A stretch of 62,895 nucleotides of DNA, counting the filler, from Octopus bimaculoides (lineage: Eukaryota): NCBI RefSeq assembly GCF_001194135.2. It is 4 parts of 4 records of this genome, joined end to end, with 100 filler letters (N's around TTAATTAATTAA, not from the genome) between each part and the next. Parts side by side here need not be neighbours in the genome. Positions count along the whole stretch, not along the records: positions 1 to 15,244 come from NC_068983.1; positions 15,345 to 26,066 come from NC_068988.1; 2 more parts are not named here. One strand, written 5' to 3'. The position numbers were made by a program, and so were the translations under genes. Of this stretch, positions 12,325 to 24,428 are shown in pieces. Below the pieces are notes generated by a model, which did not search any database, was not told the DNA's origin, and was given only the letters and a program-made list of their open reading frames with translations. The first letter of the stretch is position 1; each line of letters begins with the position of its first letter.

Positions 12325-12790
12325 AGGCGCAAGCGTGGCTGTGTGGTAAGAAGCTTGCTGCTTAGCCACATGGTTCTGGGTTGTCTCACTGCGTGACACC
12401 GTGGGCAAGTGGGCAAATGTCTTCCGTGGGCAAGTACCTTCTACTATAGCCTCGTGTCGACCAAAGACTTGTGAGTGGACTTTGGTAGACGGAGCTGAAA
12501 GAAGCCAGTCGTATGTATATATTTTATGTGTGTGTGTATGTGTGCGTGTGTGTGTGTGTGTGCGTGTGTGTGTGCGCGCACACGCGTTTGTCCCCATCAC
12601 CGCTTGACAACTGGCGTTGGTTTGTTTATGTCACCACCCCTCGATACTTAGAGGTACATCATTATTGAACAAGTACCAGGTTTTTAAAAAAATAATAAGT
12701 ACTGGAATCGATTTGTTCGACTAAACCCTTCAAGGCGATGCCCCCAGCATAACCACAGTCTAACGATTGAAACAAATAAAAGATAAGATA
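12325..12790 (+). mobile_element. SINE family A, full length (tRNA head + internal TG microsatellite + 3' tail)
   Basis: A-box TGGCTGTGTGG; internal GTGGGCAAGT duplication; TG tract 12527-12575; tail ending GAAACAAATAAAAGATAAG. Confidence 0.9.
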
Positions 12791-12799
12791 AAAGAACTT

Positions 12800-13020
12800 C
12801 TTGAAATTGCTGACTGTATGGTAAGCGTTGGAAAAAAGCGACTTCGAGACGATTGTAGAAACATGAAGAAAAGTTTCGAGTTTTGTTTAGTGCGGGTTTT
12901 AGGGATAAGATAACAGTAGGGACGGCGAGATGATGAGGTGGTTGGGAAAACGTAAAGAACCTGATTTGACTTTAATGAGATCGACAATATTTCCCTGATC
13001 CATTCTTTTAACTTAAAAAT
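12800..13020 (-). mobile_element. Possible ancient Penelope-like RT remnant
   Basis: VFPTTSSSRRPYCYLIPKTRTK and, after a frameshift, STIVS loosely match the PLE motifs PxxYxLPKIHK and RPIVS. Confidence 0.3.
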
Positions 13021-13620
13021 TTTTAACTGCAATAAAATGGAAATATTCGCGACGATTTTCCCAAAGTTTGATTTACTAACGCAAGAACCATGTTCACCGT
13101 TTTACTATATTATAGAACATAGACCTAACATATATAACATAGCCTAATAATTCTCAACCTAAAATATTCCTGCTGAGTTCATTAACCTAACAGTAATTCT
13201 CTCTTTGTATCATATATTCTTTTCTTCTATATCTCTTCGTAATTCTGTTATAAATGGCTACCTTGTGTGTAAATTAAAAGATTAATGAAATGGTTTTAAT
13301 TTTAATCACGTAATGTTTCACCTGTTCTATAGGCTAATGTATAAAGTAAATTACTGTTAGGCTGAAGCGGTCTGTTGATGATCAATTAACATTTATTTTA
13401 CAGCGGGAATCAATTAGTTGATTATTTTTATTGGGGTTTCCCTGAAACGCATCAATAAAAATGAATGTATACGTGAGATTACATCATTTTTTTAAAAAAT
13501 AAATGTCGAACATTTGAAATGTATAATTCTTCATCTTCCTCCAGATTAATTATTTAACACCCACATGTTACTGCCGCCTGTAATGTTACTTTATACGATA
13601 ACAAGAACGACGACGATGAT

Positions 13621-13703
13621 GAGAAGAAGAAGAAGAAGAAGAAGAAGAAGAAGAAGAAGAAGAAGAAGAAGAAGAAGAAGAAGAAGAAGAAGAAGAAGAA
13701 GAA
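13621..13703. repeat. (AGA)n microsatellite
   Basis: Direct reading. Confidence 0.98.
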
Positions 13704-14679
13704 TTTCTTTAGTAGTCACAAGGTCTCAAAGACAAGGTATAAACATAGTAGAGGGTTTACATATGACGTTTAAGGATGGATAACAAAAACAAGTAACAAT
13801 AAAATTCCAGCATATAATGAGGGAAAGTACTTAGGCTCGATTAAGGAAACCCCACAAACCTTGAATTCCCAAGAGCAAGTACTCTCTCCCATCAGTCGAT
13901 TCCCAGCCAACAAGTCAGTGCTCAGAGTAGATCCATTTACAAGAAATTACTGAAAGCAGCACTTCTCTCTTCAGACTTACATTCTTTTTTAAGTGAAACC
14001 TTAAAAAAGTTGATGAAAGCTTCACCGAAGAGGAAAGTGTCTGTCATCAGTTCTTTCAGCCTCCTCAATCACACAAGCACATGCGCTACAGACATCAGAG
14101 AGAAAGCTTCCAACACTTCCAGGGCGAAGGAGGGTGGTGGGGGTTCTTCTCGATGACTTTGGTTGATTACTAAATACGTCTACGCGCGACGCCAGTTATG
14201 CGACAAAATTCCATATATATCATCAATATTCGGACACTGAACGGTCATGCAAAACTGTTTCGTCTCTCTGTACGAATCTCAGACTGACCTGGTTGACGGC
14301 ACTTCCCTGTCTGTGCAGTTAAGTTGAACAACTATTACCATATGGGGTAAGGAGTTGTGGATGCCAGCCGACTCTGTCATGAAGATATAACTACCACCTT
14401 ACTTTAGTAAGAAAGGGTGGATAGACTTTGTCAGGTGTCCATGATGAAGGAAGTTTTGATGTGGAGTGGTTCAGAAACCTGAAGACAATGATTTTTTTCC
14501 CTTTCGGGTTACGATTTCATCAACTTTTTCAAAACCAACTTGGGGGCGGAGGTGAAAATAGAGAAGGAAATACTGCTCCTAAACCTTTATGAATTTTTTA
14601 TTAATTTGGAAGCCCCAAACAAGGTGAAAATCCACTAAGTGTAAGGGATTATGAAGAGTGGAGAATTAGGATGAAAGAA

Positions 14680-14955
14680 ATTAATTTAATTTAGACTTGA
14701 AAGAGTTCAAGTCATAAGAATGGAGGGAAACAATGAGATGGAAGAGAGTTCCAAAGTCTAGCCGTTCGAGGACAAAAACCTACACCGTAGAAAGATTTCT
14801 TTATTCACGGAAGCACAGCAGCATTTGGATGAAGACAAATCAGGCGAGATCGCACAAAGTGATCTGGAACTAAGAGAGAAAGTTCATCAGAGCACTTAGT
14901 AACTATAGAAGATACTAAGATTGGTTAAACAAGAGTAGCGAAACTGGTATGGTTA
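14680..14955 (-). mobile_element. CR1/L2-group LINE 3' end
   Basis: Minus-strand translation ends PRTARLWNSLPSHCFPPS..DLNSFKSKLN, a typical CR1-group RT C-terminus. Confidence 0.7.
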
Positions 14956-14959
14956 GATG

Positions 14960-15244
14960 TTGTTGTTGTTGGCACTCCGTCGCTTACGACGTCGAGGGTT
15001 CCAGTTGATCCGATCAACGGAACAGCCTGCTCGTGAAATTAACGTGCAAGTGGCTGAGCACTCCACAGACACGTGTACCCTTAACATAGTTCTCGGGGAT
15101 ATTCAGCGTGACACAGTGTGACAAGGATTACCCTTTGAATTACAGGCACAACAGAAACAGGAAGTAAGAGAAAGTTGTGGTGAAAGAGTACAGCAGGGTT
15201 CGCCACCATCCCCTGCCGGAGCCTCGTGGAGCTTTAGGTGTTTT
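14960..15244 (-). mobile_element. SINE family C with conserved central domain; head lost in gap
   Basis: (CAA)n tail at the left end; core 15013-15145 shared with 22839-22973. Confidence 0.75.
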
Positions 15245-15288
15245 NNNNNNNNNNNNNNNNNNNNNNNNNNNNNNNNNNNNNNNNNNNN

Positions 15289-15300
15289 TTAATTAATTAA
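15289..15300. other. Assembly spacer TTAATTAATTAA inside an N run
   Basis: Identical 12-mer flanked by ~44 N on each side, repeated at 26111 and 56546; contains stops in all six frames. Confidence 0.9.
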
Positions 15301-15420
15301 NNNNNNNNNNNNNNNNNNNNNNNNNNNNNNNNNNNNNNNNNNNNTATATATATATATATGTAATATATATATAAATATAAACACACACACACATACACAC
15401 CCATAAATATATGTATACAG

Positions 15421-15530
15421 ACACGTGCGCACACACACGTGCGCACACACACGTGCACACACACACGTGCGCACACACACGTGCGTACACACACGTGCGC
15501 ACACACACGTGCGCACACATACGTGCGCAC
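15421..15530. repeat. 14-bp period minisatellite containing CACGTG
   Basis: CACGTG at 15422, 15436, 15450, 15464, 15478, 15492 and 15506; TACGTG at 15520. Confidence 0.9.
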
Positions 15531-17049
15531 ACACACACATGTATATATACATAGAGTCGTACAATGTATAATAATGAAGCCAAAGCAAGCAATGGTATTT
15601 TGAATGCGTTTAATACCTACGTTTCAAATAATTGCGCAATATATATATAGAGGGAATTTCATCTCTTACGCAAGATCTCCCTCAGTTACGTCTTAATTCA
15701 AAATAGCATTACTTGGTTTCACTCCAATATATATATATATGCACATGCTTACATTCAGATATTCATAATCGTCCGAAAATTGGCTGCGAGAGACTCGCAG
15801 TAAAAACTTGAGAAGTTTTTCAGTTTCTATTGAATTATGTCCCTCTACTTTCGGTATTGAGCACACACTTTTCTCCTCTCGTTTTGTATCTATTTGTTTA
15901 TTAACCTATACATACATACATACGTGTAAGTATAAATGCATGCATGCATACATACATACGTACATACATATTACATACATACATACATTCACATAGTAAC
16001 ATATGTACAACTACACAAACACGCGCGTACACACACATACGTACGCATTGTTTACTTAAACTGTAAAATCACAATCTATATCAAATATTTTAACTCCGAC
16101 TTTGTTATTTTCTCCACTTCCTTTCAATATCGATATACATACATACATACATATGTGCGTGTATGTGTATATATATATATATATGCGTGTATGTGTATTC
16201 ACTTCCTCACACACAGACATACATATATATATATACACTCTTAAAGTAAAAACAAAAACTAAAAGAAAACACACATTCATTCACATCACACAGGATAATC
16301 ACTCTAATTTAAGATTTTTATTATCCTCCAGCTTCTAATGAAAATTCAGATAATACCAAACATTAAAAATAAAAAAGAAACAACAAAGTAGTAAAATTAA
16401 TTAAAGCGAAATTGTTCAAAGCTAGATTTCTGGTTTACATCTTGGTGCATGTTAAAACAGTCGTGTAAGAGATTTAACAAGAGAACAGATAGTCTTCACT
16501 TTGATACAGACATCAGATCGTCTGCACTTTCATTTGTCTTGTCTTTCGTTTTCCGCCATTGCAATCTTTTTTTGGCTGAGTAAATCAGTGAATGTTGTTG
16601 TTTAGCGCCAGGTCAGTTGCGATTAAAAAGACTAATGATTAAAATATAGTCCAGCCGTGACTGTCTCGCTTTATTTCAGGCAACAAAGTTGTACCGTGGA
16701 AGTTTTTGTTGAGCACCAAGTTAATCCAGATCAAACAGATGTATAATGAAAAATAGTCCAACTATGACAGTCACATACTTTCAAGCATCTAGATTGGACC
16801 AACGAAATTATCCAAGTGTTCTGCCCTTCCTTTATTTCAGGTCAAAGTTTGTTTTTATTAATAAATACATGTTATTTCTATTAAGTTTCCAGTCCACCAC
16901 ATATAAATATCAGCGGCAAAAGATCAGCTTACAATTGTTCATGTGGCGAAACGTAACACACAGAAACCCATTTGGATTTTCTAGTGTTATTTTCAAAGAA
17001 TTTGAAACAGAGCGTACAGACGTACGCATATTAATTTCTCTCTCTCACT

Positions 17050-17496
17050 CTATACATACATTCGTACATACATACATACGTACTTACAAACATGGATACA
17101 TACACGCACGCATGTATACATACATGTATACATACATGCATACTTACATGCATTCATATTCATATATACATACATGCATACATATATACATACATGTGTT
17201 CATGCATACATACAAGCATACACATTCACACACATAGACGCATACATGCATACATACATACATGCATACATACATACATACATGCATGCATACATACATG
17301 CATTCATAAATGTATACATAAATGCATATGCATATATACACATAAACATATATACATATATGCATACATACATTCATGCATATATACATATTTACATACA
17401 TATATACATGCTTACATGCTGCATACATATGTATATACATACATGCATATACATACATATATGCATGTATAGACACATACATGCATATGTGCATAC
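17050..17496. repeat. Degenerate (CATA)n/(TACA)n array
   Basis: Direct reading. Confidence 0.95.
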
Positions 17497-18126
17497 NNNN
17501 NNNNNNNNNNNNNNNNNNNNNNNNNNNNNNNNNNNNNNNNNNNNNNNNNNNNNNNNNNNNNNNNNNNNNNNNNNNNNNNNNNNNNNNNNNNNNNNNTTTA
17601 AAATAGTGAATAGCTATGGTGGTCCAGTAATGTAAAATAGGAATCAGAGGGGTCCAAAATCAAAATATGGTTGAGTACCACTGATTTAAACTGTGGAATC
17701 ACTCACAGTTCAGAAGCCACCATCAGCTTAATAATAACTGAATCGCAGATGAAATTTGTAGGGACGGTTTTCTTTTCATCCCAGGCGACGAAATACTTGT
17801 AGTTATGTGTTTAAAGGAGTCTGGGACTTACTTACAAGTTGACTGTACAAGGAAGAGTGGTGTTTTGGCCACGGGATCATGCAGGATTGGTGAAGAGATA
17901 CGAACCAGCGACTGGTTGGATGACAGCCTGACACACTATCATCTGCTGTTTTAACTTCAGGAGAAAGTGTGATTCAATTGATGTTAAATTTCTATTCACT
18001 CAAATTTTCTTTGAATCTTCTGTCGTCTGGAATAATAAATGGTTGCGAACATGTCCGCTCTGTTTCACGACTTTTTACTGATTTATCGTTCTTTTACAGC
18101 GTTGTCTGCTCTTTGTTTACCTTTTT

Positions 18127-18128
18127 AT

Positions 18129-18169
<41 letters not shown>

Positions 18170-18199
18170 TAATAATAATGATAATAATAATGATAATAA

Positions 18200-18231
<32 letters not shown>

Positions 18232-18258
18232 ACAGCAACAACAATAATAAACATAATT

Positions 18259-18299
<41 letters not shown>

Positions 18300-18345
18300 A
18301 ATAATAATAATAATAATAATAGTAATAATAATAATAATAATAATG
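18127..18345. repeat. Compound trinucleotide array (AAT)/(AGT)/(AAC)
   Basis: Direct reading. Confidence 0.95.
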
Positions 18346-18487
18346 GTAGAAATGAGATTCTTAACCTGGTCATACACAATGCACACACACATACACACAT
18401 ACACACATACACACATACACATGACTGAAATGAAAAGTATTTATAATACTTTGTATGGAAACTAACCATGATTCTGTAGGATATTTT

Positions 18488-18535
<48 letters not shown>

Positions 18536-18619
18536 ATGTACATACACACGTGCACGCACAAGCACACACGCATATATATGTATTATATGTATGTGCGTGC
18601 GTGCGTGTGTGTGTATGTA

Positions 18620-18676
<57 letters not shown>

Positions 18677-19243
18677 ACTTCTTTACTTTCTTCGTTTCTG
18701 TAATAATACACTCTGTTCTAACCTCGTTCATATATTGACTCAGGACTTGTGTGACGATTCCACATGGATGAATAACAACCAAATCATTAAACCAACCAAT
18801 TGTCGTCTGCTTAACGTTATCTTCTCACAGACATTCCTTCTTCCCTTTATATCTTTCTTTATTCTTTTCTCTTTTTTTTGTGGGGTTTTACGGTGAGTGA
18901 TTCTCAAAAGCTGCTTTCCTGATTTAAGCATGAACAACGACACATAAAAAACAAAACAAAAAAAGCCCTGGGTATTTTCGTCGCTATATCAACTGTTTCA
19001 GCAGGTTATTAGGAAATATGGCCAGTTATTTTCATATCTTAACTTCTTCGACATCACTATTTTTGTTACGCACAGAAACAGGTCGAGTGTAGGCAGAGAA
19101 CTAATGTCAGGGGATTGCTGTCTTCGTCACACCTTTGAATATAGTCTAACGTACATACCGAAATCTACAAATGCATACGTTGTATATATGTGTGCATATA
19201 TATATACAAACACACACACACATACACACGTATATACATACAC

Positions 19244-19280
<37 letters not shown>

Positions 19281-19796
19281 NNNNNNNNNNNNNNNNNNNN
19301 NNNNNNNNNNNNNNNNNNNNNNNNNNNNNNNNNNNNNNNNNNNNNNNNNNNNNNNNNNNNNNNNNNNNNNNNNNNNNNNNNNNNNNNNNNNNNNNNNNNN
19401 NNNNNNNNNNNNNNNNNNNNNNNNNNNNNNNNNNNNNNNNNNNNNNNNNNNNNNNNNNNNNNNNNNNNNNNNNNNNNNNNNNNNNNNNNNNNNNNNNNNN
19501 NNNNNNNNNNNNNNNNNNNNNNNNNNNNNNNNNNNNNNNNNNNNNNNNNNNNNNNNNNNNNNNNNNNNNNNNNNNNNNNNNNNNNNNNNNNNNNNNNNNN
19601 NNNNNNNNNNNNNNNNNNNNNNNNNNNNNNNNNNNNNNNNNNNNNNNNNNNNNNNNNNNNNNNNNNNNNNNNNNNNNNNNNNNNNNNNNNNNNNNNNNNN
19701 NNNNNNNNNNNNNNNNNNNNNNNNNNNNNNNNNNNNNNNNNNNNNNNNNNNNNNNNNNNNNNNNNNNNNNNNNNNNNNNNNNNNNNNNNNNNNATA

Positions 19797-19828
<32 letters not shown>

Positions 19829-19889
19829 CGTACATATATATATGTACATATACATACAGTGTGCGATGAGTAAAAAATATATATGCAGG

Positions 19890-20035
19890 GGTGGCTGTGT
19901 TGTGAGGAGACTTCTTTCCAGCCACATGGTTCCAAGTTCAGCCCCACTGAATGGAACCTTGGGCAAGTGTCTTCTATTATAGCCGAAAGCCTTGAGAGTG
20001 GATTTGGTAGACGGAAACAGAAGGAAGCCCGTCGT
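19890..20035 (+). mobile_element. SINE family A head
   Basis: GGTGGCTGTGTTGTG...CCTTGGGCAAGTGTCTTCTATTATAGCC...GGATTTGGTAGACGGAAAC. Confidence 0.85.
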
Positions 20036-20053
20036 ACACACGCACACACACGC

Positions 20054-21225
20054 GCGCGTGCATATACAGGATGTCCATAGAGTCATTATATAAATCGAAA
20101 ATTTTAGCAAAATTAGAAGGGAAATTGGATACCGTTGAAATGTTTACATAATATGAAGTAAACAGTGAAATTTATATAGAAATAGTTGGACGCCATTCGT
20201 GCACGAAGTACATCTAATCTAATCGATATTCAATTTCTGTCCATATCCTTCTCAATATACATTCATCAATAGTCGTAATGACGGCAATTAGTTTTTGCTT
20301 ATGGTCATCGAAGTCCTTTACTTTAGTGTAGTACACAATATCTTTCATACAGCCCCACGCGATGAAGTCAATGAGCGTTATATCTGGGCAACTAGGGGCC
20401 CCAGGAATCAGGTCACTTCTTCCTATTCAGCAATCTGGAAACCTTTCATTTAGAAATCTGCGAACGTTTATTCCCCAATGTGATAATGCTCCATCTTGTT
20501 AAAGGATGATATTTAGATGGAGATCCTAATTTCTTGCATTATGCTACTTAAATTTTCCCACATACATGGAAAATTGCCTCATTTGTAAAATGATACAACC
20601 AAGAAAGTCATCTTCGAATTTTTGTAGGATTGTAGCAACAAATTCTTTTCGTTGCAGTTTGTCATTTACCTTTAATTGGTTGCAATAATTGAATTCTATA
20701 TGCATAAAGCCTCAGATTCTTATGCAACACTTTATGAATTGTTAATCTCGGTAGTTGCAGTAGAGCAGAAGCTCTAAGGAAGTTCTAAGGATGGAGAACG
20801 TTGAAATGACTGATGAGTACGCTTAATATCTTCTTTAGATGTTCTTGGCCGTCCATTCTTTGGTTTGCGTAGCACCATCCCTGTCTCTATAAATTGCTTA
20901 CGTCAGTTGCAAATCAACTGACGTACCGCAGCTTGGTTTCCATATTCAACTTTGTAATTTTTTAATGTTTGAATATCCAACTTTGTTTCGATAAGCCAAG
21001 GCACACATTGTCTCTTTTCTCTTGTGGAGTAGTAATTGTCAGAAACATAAAATCAACATTAATTGCAGCGTGAAACATAAAAAAATAACATTAACAAAAC
21101 TATTAAATATCATTAAAAATACTTTAGTAATAATATATATTAAATATGCAATAAAAATTTAGTTGCCACCTCATCTAAGTTTCTCATAATGACATTTTGA
21201 AATTGTCTAAAGACCCGACCCGGTG
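20054..21225 (-). mobile_element. Internally deleted Tc1/mariner-superfamily element (DUF4817-like N-terminus)
   Basis: PQEKRQCVPWLIETK...FIETGMVLRKPKNGRPRTS N-terminus; QDGALSHWG and PDITLIDFIAWGCMKDIVY catalytic C-terminus; TA-CAGGATGTCC end and a degenerate opposite end. Confidence 0.85.
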
Positions 21226-21229
21226 AATA

Positions 21230-21274
<45 letters not shown>

Positions 21275-21345
21275 TNNNNNNNNNNNNNNNNNNNNNNNNN
21301 NNNNNNNNNNNNNNNNNNNNNNNNNNNNNNNNNNNNNNNNNNNNN

Positions 21346-21434
<89 letters not shown>

Positions 21435-22059
21435 AGAACGCAACAAGCAACGTAGGGAAAATAGACGCTGACATAACAAATGGGAAACTGGACGAAAACT
21501 AGATACACAGACCATTCGCAGCCGATTTCGCGCTTTTTTAACCCTGCGACCGCTTGAATCTAACAAGCGCCAAAGCATTAAGCTAAAAGCACTAAGCTTC
21601 TGGGAAAAGCAAACGAATGTACACAAGAACGAAAACAAGAACAAGAAAGCTGTATATGCGTGAATGTGTGCGCGCGTTTGTGCGATTGTTTAAAGAGAAA
21701 AGATTGTAATAACCCAATGTAAGAATGTTTAACGTTTCTGACGTCTCTGGATTTAGTACAGAATTAGCGTGAGACAACTAAACTGCATGTAGATGGCACC
21801 TGAATGCAGAATGGTAAAGAAGAATGAAGGGTGACTTCATCTGCGTAAAAGCAGGCGTTGTGCTTGGCTGGATGTGTCTGCCTCAGATAAGCCACTTATA
21901 CCTGCATATATCTCAGTCAAGAACTCCCTACTTGAATGGGCCATGATACCCCGGAACATGGTAGCTCCACCAGATAGGATATATCAAGTCCATTTTTCAG
22001 CCACGTTTTGTGGTATCATGTTCCATTCAAGAAAGAAGCTGTTGACTGAGATGTATCTC

Positions 22060-22180
22060 GGTATAGGCGGCTCATCTGGTATCCCTTGAAGAAATTCGTT
22101 TTGTTTGAAGGCGATGGGAACTTTTTCATCTTAGATGTGTTTTGGGATAATGTTAAATAATGAAAATGATGATAAAAAGG
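22060..22180 (-). mobile_element. LINE RT C-terminal fragment (CR1/Crack-like)
   Basis: FNIIPKHI*DEKVPIAFKQNEFLQGIPDEPPIPRY resembles the LFNxLP...FK..LD.FL..IPDEP terminus. Confidence 0.5.
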
Positions 22181-22702
22181 AGTAAAGAAAAAAATGTTCT
22201 CTTCTAAAAAGTTCAAACTTTGCCAAAACACAGCATTACAGTTGTGATCGAGAGGCAGAGGCCCTGGAACAATCAGATTACGTCACGAGTACCATCTAGT
22301 AGGCTGGTTAGACGGGACACTAGCGATGATAAATTTCTTTGTCAGCCACCCAGCTCCTCCACATTTTGGGATGACTGTACGAGATTTCAGACATGCAAAG
22401 AGATAATGTTTAAATCAATTTATTTCTAATTGGTATCCTTTGAATATAATAAATAAACAACATTTATTAAACTAGCTTTTGATGTGAATAAATAAACAAT
22501 ATTTATTAAACTATAAATTGTGTTGATAAATATTTTTCCTGTCTATCAGTTTTGTAGCTTCCAATTAAGAGTATCTTATTTATATAAGTATCGATTGAAC
22601 AAAAGTTTCTAAACTTTTCATCTAATTCTGGCTGTTTTGAAAAACAGCAATCACCTTCACCTGGTTCTATTAAGGATCATAACAGTAAATAGGTACCGCG
22701 TA

Positions 22703-22796
<94 letters not shown>

Positions 22797-22799
22797 CAC

Positions 22800-22990
22800 A
22801 TTGTTCCGGTCCAGTCAGCAGGCAAAAATGAGTTGTACTTGTAGATCAAAGGACCAGCCTTGTTACATTCTGTGTCACACTGAATCTCTATGGGAACTAA
22901 GTTAAGAGTACACGTGACTGTGGAGTGCTCAGCCACTTTCAGGTTAATTTCATGAGCAGAATGTTCCGTTGATTGAAGCAAGGTTTTAGT
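22800..22990 (+). mobile_element. SINE family C-related copy
   Basis: Shares the core GTGGAGTGCTCAGCCACTT...GTTAATTTCA.GAGCAG...GTTCCGTTGAT with 15013-15145. Confidence 0.75.
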
Positions 22991-23121
22991 GTTGTTATTG
23001 GAGTGGAACGTATGAAATCCACACCTGACAAACCATAACATTGGCATCCTTCTAAAAATGAACGACATTCTTGTGCATCTGTGGTCAGAGAGAATTGTCT
23101 CGTAGTAGAATTGGTTCTACT

Positions 23122-23270
23122 TCAGTGGTTCGCGACCATTTTTTTTACCTACGAACCGCCTTGATTTCTCTTTTATTCGGATGGACTCTCTGAGCCATTC
23201 GATGTTTGAAACAAAATCCCATTGTATTATTTAAAATTAAATGTGATGAGAAACCGTATAAAAAATATTA
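23122..23270. mobile_element. Possible hAT-type MITE end
   Basis: Starts CAGTGGTTCGCGACC, resembling CAGTGGTTCCCAACC-type hAT termini; partner end not found. Confidence 0.4.
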
Positions 23271-23289
23271 TTTTCTACTCTAGGCACAA

Positions 23290-23535
23290 AGATGGTGGTG
23301 GGGAACAAACACTGGCACAGAGACACATACATACATACACACACATACAGACTCACACACACACAGACTCACACACCTACATATATATACGATGGGCTTA
23401 TCCGTCTACCAAATCCACTCACAAGGCTTTGGTCAGCTTGAGGCTATAGTAGAAGACACTTGCGCAAGGTGCCACGCAGTGGGACTGAACGCGGAACCAT
23501 GTGGTTGGGAAGCAAGCTACTTATCCACACAGCCA
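23290..23535 (-). mobile_element. SINE family A (head + microsatellite + part of tail)
   Basis: CCGTCTACCAAATCCACTCACAAGGCTTTGG...CCACACAGCCA. Confidence 0.88.
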
Positions 23536-23629
23536 TTCTGTAAATATATGTGTGTGTGTGTGTGTGTATGCGTATTAAAATAAAAATATATATCTTATTT
23601 CAATAATGATATATGTCTCTCTCTCTCTC

Positions 23630-23685
<56 letters not shown>

Positions 23686-23758
23686 TAGACAGATAGATAT
23701 ATATAGACAGATAGATATATACACACACATGTGTGTGCATATGTGTGTGCGTGCGTGT

Positions 23759-23807
<49 letters not shown>

Positions 23808-24098
23808 CACACACACACACACACACAAATTGCTGAGCTGGAGCCGGTTTTTAACATGTTTTTCAAAATGAGAAGCGCTTTTCACTTTTTCATTGACCGC
23901 TAAAGAGAGAACGACCGAGAAAAGTTATGTCAGTCAAGCGAGGTGAGTTCATTGGCCAACGCTGGTAATTCATTTGGTTTTTATGTGGAAATTAATCACA
24001 ATGCTTTCTGCGTAATATGTTCTATTTCATTATTAATTTGGGAAAGTTGTTGGGATCTATTTGGTATAATGACTGTACGAAAAACATACATTATTGTA

Positions 24099-24135
<37 letters not shown>

Positions 24136-24196
24136 GTCTGTCTGCCTGTCTGTCTGTCTGCTTGTCTGTCTGTCTATCTATCTATCTGTCTGTCTA

Positions 24197-24227
<31 letters not shown>

Positions 24228-24364
24228 CATTGTGCCTCGGTGTAATTGTACAGGTGATGTACTATTACACCAAGTAGGGCTTTGTTTCTGCTCCGATACT
24301 CTTGCCCCATTTCCTCCTCTCTATAATACTAGAACCAGTTTGCTTGTTTGTTGTATCCCCACCC

Positions 24365-24428
24365 ATCTCCCTTCCTCTTCCTCATCTCCCTTCCTCTTCC
24401 TCATCTCCCTTCCTCTTCCTCATCTCCC
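24365..24428. repeat. 19-bp pyrimidine-rich minisatellite x3
   Basis: (CCTTCCTCTTCCTCATCTC)x3. Confidence 0.9.

Noticed and set aside
13900-14350. Possible LINE endonuclease N-terminus (FLSET, NIRTL)
   Set aside because: Motifs too scattered to support a call
17830-17960. Candidate minus-strand exon with GTAAGT donor
   Set aside because: Open frame shows no recognisable homology
18731-18900. Candidate exon ending at ACG|GTGAGT
   Set aside because: No recognisable protein and no partner exons; such motifs arise by chance in 60 kb
23900-23950. Candidate first exon ATGTCAGTCAAGCGAG|GTGAGT
   Set aside because: Too short and unsupported
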